Part shown: in pieces, positions 1-13,600 of the stretch
How positions within the stretch are numbered: position 1 is the stretch's first letter
Layout of the letters: every line of letters starts with the position of its first letter
Source: Amoebophrya sp. A120
Taxonomy: Eukaryota > Protista > Dinoflagellata
DNA length: 39,990 bases
Reading direction: 5' to 3'
Assembly: GCA_905178155.1 (NCBI GenBank)
Contig: CAJINV010000002.1
Coordinates: 2,836,608-2,876,597, forward strand
The notes under the pieces: generated by a model
Told to the model about the DNA's origin: nothing
Database searches by the model: none
Seen by the model: the letters and a program-made list of their open reading frames with translations, nothing else
Position numbers and translations under genes: made by a program

Positions 1-533
1 TGAAATGGAACGTAAGTTTCCGAATGATCCGGAGCAAAAGTATTTTTTCTCGATTGATTTTCTTTTTGGTCCGCGGACCGTGGTCTCTTCTCCAAAGAAC
101 ACCAGATGTTGGTGCCCTTCTCCGAAAAAAAAAAAAACGCGAACGACCAGTAAGTTCGAGGGGTATGATGATGAGTCTTTTTAGCACAAGACGATGAACA
201 AGAAGCGTGGAAGAGTTGCACCATGAGAGTAGAGCACATGACACCATCAAGAGTGGGACGAACAATGGATTGTGTGTGAGAGGCCCAGAATCAAGTGATA
301 TAGAGGATTGCAACCAGTACATGAAAACGACACTCCTTGTGCACCTAGTGAAGATGAGTTGACCAGAAACTACACGGAGAGGCTGAGTTGGAGAGTCTGC
401 AGTAACCTCAACCCGCTCGAAACGTGCTGCGCGTGTTGCTACAGAAGATTCCTGCGTGCTGCTTCTGCCACCTACGACAGGAACAAGAGGCTGCTCCTGA
501 TAATTACCGCCACGGCAAGTACTTCCAGGAAAA

Positions 534-3083
534 ATGGCGACCGCGCGTGGTACTGCTCGTGACACGCCCTTGATGGACCCAACTAACGAGGACCAAGTAT
601 GGGGTTCTCAAACGTTACATTCTCAACTGTTGCGTGATTTGTCACGCAAGAACGCTACCACTCTCGCTGTCGACACGATCCAGCCTTCTTCGCATGACAA
701 GTTCATCTTGACGCGCTAGATAGCATTAGAATCTGCGCCAAACCTGTAATGCAGCCACACGGGACGAACAGCCCATAGACCTCCGATGTAATGCAAAAGC
801 CGCAATTTCCCCCCTTTCCCTTATTTTCCCATTCTTGCATTACAAATTCATGCAACAATTGCGAATGTAACATTTGAGAACTCCATACCAAGTCGTGGAT
901 GTTGACCGCGTCCAGCTCTCCGTCACATCCCGCACGAGCTTCACCAGTTCCGATGCGCTGCTCAAGTCGCATCGGTTGTCCAAGGCGCGATTTGTCGTGC
1001 TCACCATGGGTGCGTTTATGATGTTTGGTTCCTACTTATCCAAGAAAAAAACTGTGTTAGTGTAACTTTCTTTGGCTGACAGCATCACAAATTTGCTCTA
1101 CATGACAGAGAAAACCTGTCATCTTGCGTGGCTTGTAAGGGAAAATACACAGGAAAAGAGAACTTCATGGCTGTCTGGCATGACAGGTGTAACTCTGTTG
1201 CGTGTTTTGCATTACAGATTTACACTTAAATAGTTTTTTTCTTGCATACTACTATTTCTTCGACCAATGCTCCGCGTCGGAACAGGGCGTGCGAGAGCAG
1301 CTGAATATCACGGAGCCCCAGTTCGGGTTGCTACAATCGGTTTATTCCTGGCCGAACATGATTTTGCCGTTGTTTGGAGGATTGTTGATTGACGTGTTCG
1401 GAATCCGCAAGTCGCTGCTGTTGTTCATGTCCCTGGTGTTCGCCGGGCAGGTGGTTTACTCGCTCGGTTTATTGCAGAAGTCCTTTGCAACGAGCCTGGT
1501 GGGGCGAGTGATTTTCGGGCTAGGCGGAGAATCGTTGAATGTGGCGAGTCTGGCGCTTGTGGCGATGTGGTACTTACTTAATGCACGACATAGACATTAT
1601 GCCGTTCTTGTCCTCTTTGACTTTGTCTACTGTAGTATGTTGTGTTCTTGCAGAAATCATTGAATCTGTGATGCTGTGGTGGTTGCAATTAGAATTCAAA
1701 TGCGTGCGTGATCATGCGAATAGGAATTTCAAATCAAAACCCAACAACGAACACAGGTTCAAAGGCGCCGAACTTGCCTTCGCGATGGGAATCATAATCT
1801 GCGTTTCCCGATTGGGAAGTGTAGCTGCTTTCAACTCGCAGGAGCAACTCATCGAGGCGCACGGCGTGCCGGAGGCGAGCTTTGTCGGTATAGGGAAAGA
1901 TTTGTTTCTCATGCGATGGCTTGCATAACAGAGGAATTTGTATTGCGCTCTATGGGAAAGCGAATGAAGTCAGTAGTACTTTCTTATTCCTGAACATCTA
2001 GTAGAATCATCAAAACAAAAAAAAAGGTTCCGCCATCATGGGTTTTTCCTTTCTTAACTGCCTCGCCGTTTGTTTCATGGACAAACGAGCGGATAAGATC
2101 GACGCGAGAACACTCGGGAATACTGATAATTCAGACGAAAAGAACAAAACCGAAACTGAAAGTAGTTCGGAAAACCAAGCCGTCTCCTTCCAGCAAATTC
2201 TTGAACTTGGACTCCCCTACTGGCTGATCACCTTCTGCTGCGTCACCGTCTACATCTCCGCGTTTCCGTTCTTCCAAGTAACGTCAGTGTCGTATTTAAC
2301 AGAGTCCTTCGGCTTCAAACCAACGGACGCGAATTTCATCACCAGCATTCCGAATTTGGTTTCCGCGTTTACCTCGCCGTTATTCGGGTTATTTGTGGAC
2401 AAACGGGGGAAACGACCGCTGTTCATGATCTGCTCAACGGTGATCTTCATGGCTTGTTTCGGCGCGTTCATCATCTACGGGAATACCTACGGGCGGAATA
2501 TTAGGAGAAGTTTGACGGCAGATGTTGAACCAGATACGTCGAGCAGAGCGGGTTTGTTTGGCGAAATTACTGCAGCCGCAAATTTGTTAGCCAACAGCTC
2601 CTACCCCCAGCCCTGGTCCATCATCGCTGTTTACGTCGCTCTGGGCGGCGCCCTCTGCCTCTTCGGCGCGGTGATGTGGCTATGCATTGCAAAACTATCG
2701 GACTATTGAGAAATCGCATGACAAATTTTTGCACGATAAAAAATGGAGTTTGTAATCCTGAATTAGGTAGGCGTAGGAGAGTAGATCTGTCATGCATAAA
2801 ACGCAATTAGTTCTTCGACATTTGCAATGCATAGTGTCCCTGCATCCCTTTAGTCGTGGACGCGAAACTGGTTGGGACGGCGTTTGGAGTGACAACTGCG
2901 GTCCAGAATCTCGGTTTGGGGACCGCGCCGGTAGCGTTTACTGCGCTGAAGGATAACGGTGGAGGTAGTTTCACCGCGACGTTTGTGGTGATTATTGTCA
3001 GTAACGCATTGGCGTTTTTAGCCGGGGGATACCTGCACCGGATCGACAAAACGCAGTTGGGGGAGAAGCTGGGGAAACCGTGA
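534..3083 (+). CDS. MFSD1: MFS transporter, MFSD1-like (lysosomal/vacuolar), ~517 aa, 6 exons
   Basis: Exons 534-597, 893-1036, 1254-1569, 1757-1887, 2027-2680, 2839-3083 (1554 nt, in frame). Motifs MFGSYYFFDQ, LLQSVYSWPNMILPLFGGLLIDVFG, GRVIFGLGGESL, WFKGAELAFAMG, SPLFGLFVDKRG, MWPCIPLVV..GTAFG..TAVQNLGL match the MFSD1 family. GT-AG introns 1570-1756 and 1888-2026, plus three introners. Confidence 0.85.
598..887. mobile_element. Introner (TIR-DR non-canonical intron), singleton type, 290 bp
   Basis: ~45-bp imperfect TIR tatggggttctcaaacgttacattc.. / ..gaatgtaacatttgagaactccata; DR ccaag at 593-597 and 888-892; removal gives D-Q-V-V-D. Confidence 0.9.
1037..1248. mobile_element. Introner, family D, 212 bp
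   Basis: TIR tatccaagaaaaaaactgtgttagtgtaa / ttacacttaaatagtttttttcttgcata; DR ctact; removal restores GSYYFFDQ; similar to 13345-13551. Confidence 0.92.
2681..2833. mobile_element. Introner, family B (degenerate), 153 bp
   Basis: TIR tatgcattgcaaa / tttgcaatgcata; DR gtggc/gtgtc; removal restores MWPCIPLVV. Confidence 0.85.
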
Positions 3084-3951
3084 GGAGGGAATAAATGAGT
3101 GGTGCAGAACAGAAATCAACTTGAAATTTTGCGTTTTAATACGACAGATATTTGGATCTCATTTGTTTTTGTTGTAAAGGAAAGTCTCATCTTACGAGGA
3201 ACAGAAAGAAAGCAGGTTCCTTCTCTTTTTGCAGATCATGCATTCGCAATTTCTTAAAATCAAAACAAGCTGTACTTTTGCAATGAGTTTATCAATCGTT
3301 TTCTGTGCGATCACGACGTGCACAAGTCTTCACATGTATTTTCACATGATAATCAATCAACGCTACAGTAATAATTTCTTACTAGCCAGAAAAAGAAATG
3401 CGTGCTGCTGGACAAGAAGAGCGGAGCCGCGGCTGCGCAAAAAAGCTGCTCTGCGACCGGCAAGTTGTACGTCGCAATGTACATGGAAGTAGATTGAACG
3501 ATTAACAACAACAAGGTTTTTCAGAAATAGATTCGTCCTCGTAGTTGTTTCCATCGTCCTTTTGTGTTGGTCGTGCAAGTCCAATCGAATCCATGCAAAA
3601 TCGTGTTTTCTCTTGACGAATGTCGTTTTGTTGCAGCTCTTGTCCTCGTCCTTGTTCTTCTAGTTCTCGTTCTTCACTTGTCCGAAAGACAAAGACGTCA
3701 ATGTTGATGACCTGCTTGATGTTGGTTCGAACAAGGCAAAATTCTTTACTATGTCAGTCTAACTTTATTTATTCTACCCTACTCATGACAGAAGCGATAA
3801 GATATTAACGTGCCACCTACTTACATCTTAGGTCCTGCATGCTCACGAAGAAACTTGTTTCAGTCTATTTCCACCAGCACGTGGCACTATTCAACCGAGT
3901 TTATTTCCCCCTTCTACACATCAAGTCGAAGTCGTAATCCGCATCTTCACG

Positions 3952-5395
3952 ATGGCGCAACTTCTACTATCCAAGCGAGCGGTCTATTCCCTGATTCTTG
4001 GTTTGCACCTCCTGCGCTTCCTCATTGCAGTACTAGACTCGAACGAGACAAACGCAGCTTGGGTGGACCACCCCACTTACGTAACTGCCAAGAGGACGAC
4101 TATCGCCAGGAAGACAGAGAGTGGTACTTCATCATCCTCTCGCCGGGAGGCGACCGCGCGGAGTAGTACTACAACAGCAGATTTTCGACCGGCTAGTACT
4201 TCCACACGACCTCATGGTCGACGAGAGAAAGGCGCGTCGCAAAGGGCTTCTTTTATTTCTCCGCTGGACGAGAGGCAGAGGCGCTTCCGGAAAAACAAAC
4301 ATGGTGGTCGCAGGAGTAGAAATACCTTGCTCCAGATGAAGAAGAAAATAAAGGCGTCAGCGAAGACGTCGAGAGCGTCCCCTTCAGCAGGCACAAAAAA
4401 TCGGATCGATGCACGGAGAGGTGGAGATGACGATGCACAACATGCAGGTGAGCCAGAGAAGCATGTGCTGCAAGAAAACGACAAAACGTCCAATTCCGAT
4501 AAGAAACCCCTGCTCGACCGCGTCGGAAACTTGCTCCTGGACAAAAGCCACGATTTGCTGATCAACAACCAAGGGCGTCGTGGGCCAAATAACAGCACAA
4601 ATACAACGTTTACAAGAACGACCGGATCTAGCACTTCTCCTGATGATGGTACACCAACAACAAAAAAGCCGGCGGACCTCAACCTCAACGAAGTCAAAGA
4701 GTTAGTGGTCGATAAATCCCGCGACCTATTAACCAACAACCGGGGGCGCGGTCCAGACGGTTCGGTGGGCCGACGGGGTCCTGATCGTGGTAACAGGGGG
4801 TCGAGCGCCGGAGATCGCTGGTCGCCGGGGGGCAGAGCGGAGGGAGAAACAAGTGTTGATACTGAGGACCATGGTCTTATGGATGTGTCAGGTTTGAAAT
4901 CGTCAAAGTTGAAATACTTTGTCATGCATAAAACGGATACCAGTTAGACCTACAGTTTGTAGTCGGTGCATGACAAATTTTCCCGGTCATGGAAGCGAGT
5001 CTGTCATGCGGTTTAGGGCAAAAAAGCTGCCTTCTGTCATGCTAGTCAGCAGTCCAACTTTTGACCCTTACCAGGACTATAATCTGCCTCCCGTGGGTCC
5101 TCTGCAATAGAGTCACTTTTTGTATCGCATTTTATGCATTGCAAATTATTTCAACTTTGACGATTTCAAACCTGACGCTTCCATAGGTCTTGATATTCCG
5201 AGTCCTGTTCCACCAAGTTCTGTATCAGACGAGGATTTGCGTCAAGACCAGTCGGACGCTGTGCCGTCGCAGGGGTCCGATAATAGCACGCCTGCGCCGC
5301 ATCAACATTTGTCATCCTCGGAAGAAAGCCTTGGGGACAAGCTAAAAAACCGAGCGGGAGAAGAAAATGACGACTCGGGAAATCTTTGCTGTTGA
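3952..5395 (+). CDS. Orphan low-complexity protein with N-terminal signal/TM segment and C-terminal CC, ~376 aa
   Basis: Exons 3952-4877 and 5191-5395 join in frame after removing introner 4878-5185; hydrophobic N-terminus AVYSLILGLHLLRFLIAVL; internal repeat LLLDKSHDLLINNQGRRGP / LVVDKSRDLLTNNRGRGP; no recognised family. Confidence 0.65.
4878..5185. mobile_element. Introner, singleton type, 308 bp
   Basis: ~43-bp TIR tatggatgtgtcaggtttgaaatcgtcaaagttgaaata / tatttcaactttgacgatttcaaacctgacgcttccata; DR ggtct; can also be read as GT-AG intron 4874-5186. Confidence 0.92.
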
Positions 5396-6222
5396 TAGCG
5401 TCAGTCTTGTGTTGGTTTGCACGTGAACTTGTTCAACGTGACTTGTTTTCAAAAAGTGCTCGTTCACTAATATGTCTACCCGTATTCAGTTACCCCCGCA
5501 GCACTTTTTCTACTGCCCTCGCAACTTCCCCCTTCGTGAACCCCATGATTATCGTGAGTCGGTATTTTTGTAAGTACATGTACACTTTTTCTAAGACTAA
5601 GTAAACGTTGGCTACTGCCGGTCACACCACCGGTCGTAAAATGAAAAATCTGGTCCCTTCATCTGTTCGTGAGTCACGGGTCTCTATTCGTCTTCGCGCT
5701 TCAGCATCTCACGCCTTTCCGTTCTTCATCGTTACATATTTTTCGTGCTTGTTATTTTGTCGTTCTGTTCTCGTTGCTGCACGAGAAAAATCTCCTAGAC
5801 CACCATGGTCGCCAGCTGCACCGCTTCGTTTGTCGTCGACGTTCCACGAGCAATTTCATGAATACAAGTTCGTGCATAAGACAAAATCTGATCCCCCCTT
5901 GTCTCTGCAACGAAGCATCGCGTACATCAAGACTACTTCGTACAACATCGAGACAAGTGCATGACTGTCAGGATAGACTGGACCATTTCGTGCTTTTAGA
6001 TCTTCCTCTATGCTGGCTATGTCGTTCATTGGCCGAAGCAACTCGTTCTGTCGTCATGCTTTAGCGATCGACCGACATTGTGATTGTTGCGATCAGTTTG
6101 GTTTCCCATCCCGACTTAGTTCAGGACCACTGCTTATTTGTTTCCAGTTTCAGATCTTCTTGTTTTTAAGTTCTACTTCTGGCGGCGTGATAAGGCTAAC
6201 GAAAAGCAGCAACTACGAGATC

Positions 6223-8232
6223 ATGATCATGATATCTGTGAAGGCGATCTGCATCATCGTAGGTGTCCACCTCCTGCATTTTTTCCTAGAAGATTTCCTC
6301 AATGTTTTTCAACTCCAGAGATTTGCTTCTGCAGTGAAGATCTTGCACAGGAAGAACGAGGGACGAAAGCAAGACCACAATGTTGCCACACAACGAACTG
6401 CCGTGCATCATCTTAGCGTCTCGCCCGGCGAACAGCGAGATACTAAGAGCCGGACGGAGCAATCCGAAAGCTCACCTGCGCCAAACTATGAAAATGGAAA
6501 GGCTACTTTGTCTTCGCACTCCCTCCTCGCGCGGGGTCGGAGTGGTGGTGCGGGAAGAATTGCGCGCGGTAGTCTGCTGGAACAGAAGAAGAAAACCAAA
6601 CGTGGTACTTCTTCATCTGAACAAGCAGTAGCTTCTGAACACGCGAAAACGACAAGCGCAGTGAGTGTTCTTGCAGCGGCAAAAAAGCGTGCTGAGGAGG
6701 GGGAGCCAGAGCTGAACATTCCCGAAGTCCTTCATTTCCCAGAGGGGACGAAGCATGTTGTGGAAGAAAGCGAAGAAGATTTGGTCACTGACAGAACAAC
6801 AACCCCCACTCCACCCGCAACGAACCTCACAATGATCCCTGAAGGTCTTCCCGAAAAACAGCGAGAGGAACAAGACAACAACCTTCACGATGACATCGCG
6901 AAACTGCAGGAAGGCGGGGATTTCGCGGAGCAAGCCAGGCTCAGCGCGTCCATGTGTTACCACGTTATTCTCCCGCTCCACGACATGACGCGGCATTTCG
7001 GATACATCCACAGCAAGCAATTACCCGGGCTGTTTACGAAGGAGGAAGCAGAATTTCTCCGGGAAGAGGCGGAGATTGACAACGCTTACAACTTATGGAT
7101 TGCAAAAATGTCTGGGTCTGGAAAAATGCAACTTGTGATGCTGCATTCGGATTCCAAAAAAATCTGTATTGCATGATCAGCAAGGGGAATGCGATTCTTG
7201 CTACCCGGAGAGGGCATTTGTCATGCGGAATAGGCATCAAGATGCCCTCAAAACATCTGTGATGCTAGGGCAGGCATCACAGACATCATGGCGCATGCAA
7301 AACGTGCATCACAAGTCTCAGAATCTTCCAGACCCAGACATTTTTACATTTGATACACCTTCCAAAACAAGCACCTCGGCGACAGGGTCGCCTACCCCTG
7401 GTTGGTTTACTGTTTACCGGAGGGGAGTTTGGTGTTTGCGAATGACCCGTTGGGCGAAGATCCACCGCGGATCCGGTTTGCGCCAGATTTGGATAGGGAA
7501 AAGGGGAAGAGCGAGCAGAAAGTTTTGAAAACATCAATCGGTGGAACAGGAGGGAGTAGTGCTGCTGCGGTTTACAAAATGATGGGAGGTGGAAATGATG
7601 GTGTTGAAGGAGCTAAAGCCTCTACTTCTTCTTTTCTACAGCAAGCGGTGGCCGCGAGTTCTGATGCTGATCAAGCTGTGGAACTTGCACAGATGACCAA
7701 CATGACGGATCATGAGCAAGGTGCTGGCCGCACGACCGTGGAGCCGGTTGCAGATGACATCGACGCAGCCACAACAGGCGAAGAAGAACAGCCGCAAAAC
7801 CGCACCGCTCCAGCTGATGCTCCCGCTGATGTCAAGACGGAGGAAAAGATTTTTTACACGCGTAAGAACTTTTTTAGCGGCGAAAACGAGAAGTATGCGA
7901 ACTCGATCGGACAGTTTTGGGAGGATTTGGTCGACGAGAAGATGCGAGAAATCAACGCGGTGGCGTTTGGGGGGAGTAACAACAAAGTTTACTACTACGC
8001 CGTGTACGGAAAGGTCGGCGTGCACGAGAAAACGCAGGCGAAGCTGCAAGCTAGTTTCGCGCCCGCCATGCCGGAGGCGCCGCCGCTTCGTGCCGTGGAG
8101 GGGGTCGAAAATGGTGGTGCCGGTGGATCTGGTGTTGCTATGAACACAACTTTGTCAGATGCCTTGAAAAATGCAGCGAAGGAGGTGGAGAACAAGACGG
8201 AACTCGATTTGGGGCTGCCGGAGTGTTGTTAG
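6223..8232 (+). CDS. Orphan protein with N-terminal signal/TM segment and C-terminal CC, ~580 aa
   Basis: Exons 6223-7093 and 7361-8232 join in frame after removing introner 7094-7355 (..AYNFQNKHLGDRVAYPWLVYCLPEG..); start uncertain (ORF open from 6010); no recognised family. Confidence 0.65.
7094..7355. mobile_element. Introner, family A, forward orientation, 262 bp
   Basis: TIR tatggattgcaaaaatgtctgggtctggaa / ttccagacccagacatttttacatttgata; DR caact/cacct. Confidence 0.92.
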
Positions 8233-8789
8233 AAAGCGTCTAAGGGACGAATTTTTGTTCATCGACGAGGAAGAAAATTACCGTGTTTCTATTGCATCTT
8301 GAGTCATTTTTCTGTTTGGGTTTCTGAACTGAGCAACCCTATCTTGACACCTAGTGTATGATCTTGACTTCTTTCCTCGTACTTTACGCAGTTTAGTTTT
8401 CATATTCATCACCCCATTTCTGGACCGAGAAGTCCCATGGAGAAACCACGCACCCATTTTCACTGATTGTTCCCGTATTGCTTTTTTTCAATGTAGTGTC
8501 GCACAACCTGCTCTCCTCTACTACCTATGCTTACCCATTGTATCAGTCTATGCATATCTTCAAGAACCCCATGCCCACCCACCTGTGACGAAGGAGTTGA
8601 TTGAATGTTAGTGTAACCCACAAGTGAAAGAAGTAAGTGAAACATATTCACAACTTGCAATTTTTTCCCTGATCATTGTCATAGAAAAAGAAAAAAGAAG
8701 AAACGCAGGCTTTTCCAATTGAGTCATGTGGCTCGCCTGCGGTGAAGGGACAAGAGGTTCGCCTTCCGTAGTTCTGATCCAGTTGTTCC

Positions 8790-10145
8790 AGCGTTCGCGC
8801 TCCCGGTTTGGGCGTTGCCCTGAGTAGAGCAATGAGAGCGAGACTTCAGTTTCGGGGCTGCGCGGCAATAGCGGGCGCAGTGTCACTTATCTGGTTGGCC
8901 TTGTCTAAGGATCCGCAGACAGCACCAGGAGACCGCGGGGCCCGGCGGGGTTTGTTTTGCCCTGGCAACGGCCCAAAATGCCGAAGCGGAGCGGGGAAGC
9001 CGTCGGATGACGGTAAGGAGAGGAGACGGGCGCGCGCGGGTGGCGATGTGGGCGGTGGGTCGCGCAGCCTCGCCGATTTTGCCGGGCGGGCGGGCGGTGG
9101 GCGACAGGCCGATGAGGGGGGCGATGTGTTTCATCCGGACACTGGGGGCGCGCCGCTAGGGCATTGCAAACAGTTTGAGCTGAACAGAGGAGATTCCTAT
9201 GAGAATCCAGGCGGTTGCAAGTGCCACCCGCCCAGAAGTCCGGGCGCCTTCCTTGGCAGGCCCAGCGCGCCCCTTGATCGTGAAGTGGGGCGCACCCTTC
9301 GGGCAGAGCGAACTGCTTCGAGCGGTGCTGGAATTGGCTTGGCCATTGGGGGGGCCTTCGATCGGCGGCGCCATTGTTGGGCTTGGCCGGCCGGTTTGGC
9401 TTATCGGCAAGCCTGCCGCTGCGGGCGGGTGGCGCTTTCCGCCGTCTTGTGGCGGTGCCATGGTGGCCGGTTCTTCCCGCCGTTCATGGATATGGGGCGG
9501 AGCCGCGCCGGGCACCTTGGGCGGCCGATCGGGGCCGAGTGAGGCTCGCGAACTTCGGTAACCACTACGCACAACCAATGGGGCCGACCCGCAGGGCGCC
9601 GCTTTTTCCTACCTTCGCCCGATGGGTCGGTCGCCCGCAATGGCTTGGCCGGCGCCATTGCCCGCGCGCCGGCCCGCGCATTGTTTGCGGCGCGCGAGCC
9701 CCCCCTGGGGCGTCAGGGGTCTTGCCTTGGGTACTTCCGGCGCTTGGGGGCAGCCGGTCTGTGCGGTTCGCACGCGCGCCCGCCGGGGCCCGAAGGCCCG
9801 CCCCGCGATTTCCGGGGCCCCCGGCCGCGCCGCCCGCCGGGCGGCTGCTGGCCCGCTAGTTCATTGCGTCGGCGCGGGCGCCCCCTACCCAATCATCTTG
9901 GCCCAGAAGGAGGGCGCCGTGGCCCGCCGGCCACCCGCCCCATCGGCAGCCCTGAAGCCGGCTCGGGGCCTTTGGGCGGCTACGTGGTAGCGGCGGCCCG
10001 CCGGGCGCAGGCGATGTGTGCCATTGGTTTGATGGCGCCGCCCTTGTGTGTGGTGCGCGGGTGTACCAGCCGCGCCGCCCTTTATATGTTTCTTTCCTGT
10101 GGAACGCGAGGCAGTGGCCCGGCGTTTCTCACCGCCCGCCTGTGC
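8790..10145. other. GC/CpG-rich intergenic island 1
   Basis: Abrupt shift to very GC-rich sequence between genes; rich in GGGCGG, GGCGCC, GGGCCC and CCAAT/ATTGG; overlapping Arg/Gly/Pro/Ala ORFs in all frames; boundaries approximate. Confidence 0.7.
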
Positions 10146-10670
10146 ACAGTAGAATTTGTCGAGCCCTTCCACTTTTTCACAGAAGCAGACTGCGTAGCGA
10201 TGTGGCTGCATAGCTGTGGGTGGACGGTTTCCGTGTTCTTCCCGTTCGTTATATTGGGTCTTCTGATAGGGATAGACGAGGTTGAGCATGTGTGTATGTT
10301 TGTCTGCATGGTGCTTGCGAACTTCAACTTGTCTGCTAACAACAAAAGGTGAGGGCGTTTGTCATATAAAAGATGGACACGGGGGCGAGACCACCTGTGG
10401 CAAATCAAAGATCGAGAGTTGTATCATTTTAGTGTGTGACGTTGCTCCATGCGCGAAGCGCTTGTGCGGTGGTATGCTAGACACAGCACGCGACGATAAA
10501 GAAGATGAACAAGGTCAGTGCATAGATAACTTTCTATTCTCGGAAAAGATCTCACGCTCCATGCGGGTTACTCCTAAGTGCTGCCATTCCGGACTCCAGG
10601 TTGAGTAACTCCAACCTTTTTATAGCAATTGTCCTCGTAGAAGTAGCCCACCGAAACAAAAAACAACAAC

Positions 10671-13600
10671 ATGGTCCTCATCGAGGAGGTTGAATCCCCG
10701 AAGGCGGCCGACCGCAAGGCCGAGGGGAACGGTTTTTTCGCGAAAAGCCAGTGGTCCGAGGCGATTCAGTCCTTTTCTGAGGGGATAAAGAAGATCCACG
10801 ACAAATCGTTGGATGACCCCTCGGTGCTGTATAGCAACCGGGCGATGTGCCACATGAAGCTGGCCGACTGGAAATCTGCTCTGACGGACAGCAACGACGC
10901 AATTAGGATGAACAAGCACAATGCGAAAGCGTGGAACAGGAAGGTAAAGGGAAGATTCTGTGTTTGTCATGGAGAATCTGCATCTCACATCAACATGCTT
11001 TGCACTTGTCATGCCTGAAGATCTAGGAGAGACAGAGAGTTGTTGAAAACGAAAACCCAAAGCCACCTCATCTCCACAGGGCCAATGTCTGATGAAGCTG
11101 GGTCGCTTGGAAGACGCGAAAAAGGCGTACGAAATGTCGTTGACCGTCGCTACCGACGCGTTGAGGCCGAGCATTCTGGAGACGATCGAGGAGTTAGAGG
11201 AGATGTTGAAGAGCAAGGGAATAGTTGTAGATGGGGAGAATTCAACATCAGCCTCAGAAACCACAACCACAGCTAGTAGTGCTGCAACGCCGCAGCCCGC
11301 GGAGAAGAAGCAGAAAATTGAGCCAAAAACCACGACCAGCACTGCTTCCACGTCAAGTTCTACGTCCTCGTCTTCCGGAACTTCAACATCAAAATCTCAT
11401 CAACAGCAGGACTTCGCCCACCCATCCCTCCAAATCCAGTACATCCCACAGAAGGGAAGGGGGATTATCACGAAGAACAAAATCAAGAAAGGCGCACTCC
11501 TTATCTCCGCGCGGCCGGTTTGCATTGCGCTGAAATCGGATATGAAGGAGAAGATGAACAACTTGGCGCACAACTCAAATGATTTGACCGAAGAAACAGC
11601 GAGATTAGTTCTCCAACTCCACATATGCATTGCAAATATGTCTGGGTCTGGAAGAATTCGAATTTGTGATGCGAAACTCTACATCATGACAAAATCTGTC
11701 ATGCACGGCTAGCAAAAGGCCTCAGTTCTTGTTACCGAAAGAGGGGACTTGTCATGCGGATTAGGCATTGGGGTACCTGCTCAAAATCTGTGATGCTAGA
11801 GCTTGCGTGTCAGACTATTTGGGTCAGGCAAAAACTGCATGACAGATCTCGCATTCTTCCAGACTCACACATATTTGCATTTGATACCACAACGACTCGA
11901 GTAATAACACGATAAAGCAGCAGGTTTTGAAAAGGGACGACTTGCCAATCCCGCCGTCCGTGGATAGGATTTTGATGCGAAACAGCGGGAACGATTTCAG
12001 GACGAAACCGGTGTCGACGGACACGGCCTCGAGGTTGACGCCGAAGGTGATCTCGGAAATTTTAGAGGCGAACACGTTCGGGTTTGACGACGGCGACGCA
12101 TTGCAGATATGCATTGCAAATATTTCTGGGTCTGGAAGAATGCCACTTGTAATGCGAAGGCTCGACTAGAAAAAAATCTGTGTTGCAGGAACGCCAAAAG
12201 CTGCCCACTTCTTGCTAGGCACAAAGCGGATTTGTCATGCGGGATCTGCATCAAGAAGGTCTCGCAAAATCTGTCATGCTTGTGCGTGCATTCCAGACCC
12301 TGTGTGTGGTCTACGGCGTGCATGACAAATCTTGCATTCTTCAAGACCCAGATATATTTGCAATGCATAGTAGAACGCGACGGACAAATATTCCGGGCTG
12401 TGGTTACTTCCCTCGTTCATCAACCACAGCTGTTTGAGCAACGTGAATAGGCGGGTGTTGTGGAAGAAGGAGGGGACGAAGGATGAGGTGGATTATGAAA
12501 TGCAAAAGCTTCGGACTAGTAGTGTAGAAATCGCATGACAAATGCCCTCAGCATGATCAAGGAAATTTGTATTGCGGATTTGCCTTAAGAGAAAAAGTTC
12601 GTCATGCATGGTTGCGATTACTACGAGCCGCGATACTTTTGCAATGCATACGGATATGAACGCGGTAATGGAGATACGGGCGGGCAGGGATCTGGAAGTG
12701 GGAGAGGAACTTTGTTTCACGTATTTATTTAAAGTTGTTTAGAAGGAGCAGTTTGTCATTCCAAATCCGCATGGTTTCTGACGGTCTGTCTTGCACGCAG
12801 AGCATCTGTAGCTTCGCTTTCTCGACGTCATGCGTATTAGAACTACATCCCAAGAAATACAACCTAAAAAATCAGCTACTGCCCCACGACGCAGCCTCTC
12901 CACCTGCGCGAAAAATCCCTCGAGTCCTACGGGTTCAAACCGCAAGATACCCGCTGCAAGTTAGAACGCATGCTTATCCTGAGCAAAAAATTCCCAACCC
13001 CAGAGTTCTTGTCAAGTTGGGAACTTAGCAACACCAATTCAGAAGTTTTTGGACTCACGCGTGACAAGTTCTCCTCTGTATGGTAGTGCTCTGCAGTTTC
13101 ACAAGGGCAGCCGCATCGCAAAGCCAACTTCTTATCATGTTTACAGCATTACAAATGCCAAAAAACGACTGAAAATTCCTCTCATAGGGATGCGCAATAC
13201 AAATGTTCCTGTAGTTACATAGCTGCATGACAAATCTTGGGCGGGAGACGTTTTTGCTCAGGATAATGCTCCTGAAAGAATCCTTTGCCGCGGACATCAC
13301 CGCAGAGACGAACAAACTCGGCCAGGCGCTGGGCGGTGAGACCTTATCGCGAGAAAAAACTGTGTTATTGTAACTTTCTTTGAGGAATAGCATCACAAGT
13401 TTGCTCTGCATGACACAGAAAACCTGTCATGCGTAGCTAGTACGTGAAAACACGCACGAGAAGAGCTTCTAATGCATGTCCGGCATCACAAGTCCAAGTG
13501 TAATTGTCTTTCATTGTGTGCAACAGTCTTACACAGTTTTTTTATTGCATAGACCTTCGCGCAGATTTACTCCAAGTACGTGGCGCTCCGAATCAAACTG

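Noticed and set aside
4212-4925. Minus-strand ORFs such as 4212-4925, 10620-11351 and 24113-24667
   Set aside because: Antisense shadows of + strand coding exons; no supported minus-strand gene in the window.
8808-10352. Long overlapping ORFs in the GC islands (also 15243-16846, 20354-21136, 29822-30748)
   Set aside because: Arg/Gly/Pro/Ala-rich ORFs are open in many frames on both strands because stop codons are rare at high GC; no motifs and no introns, unlike all real genes here.
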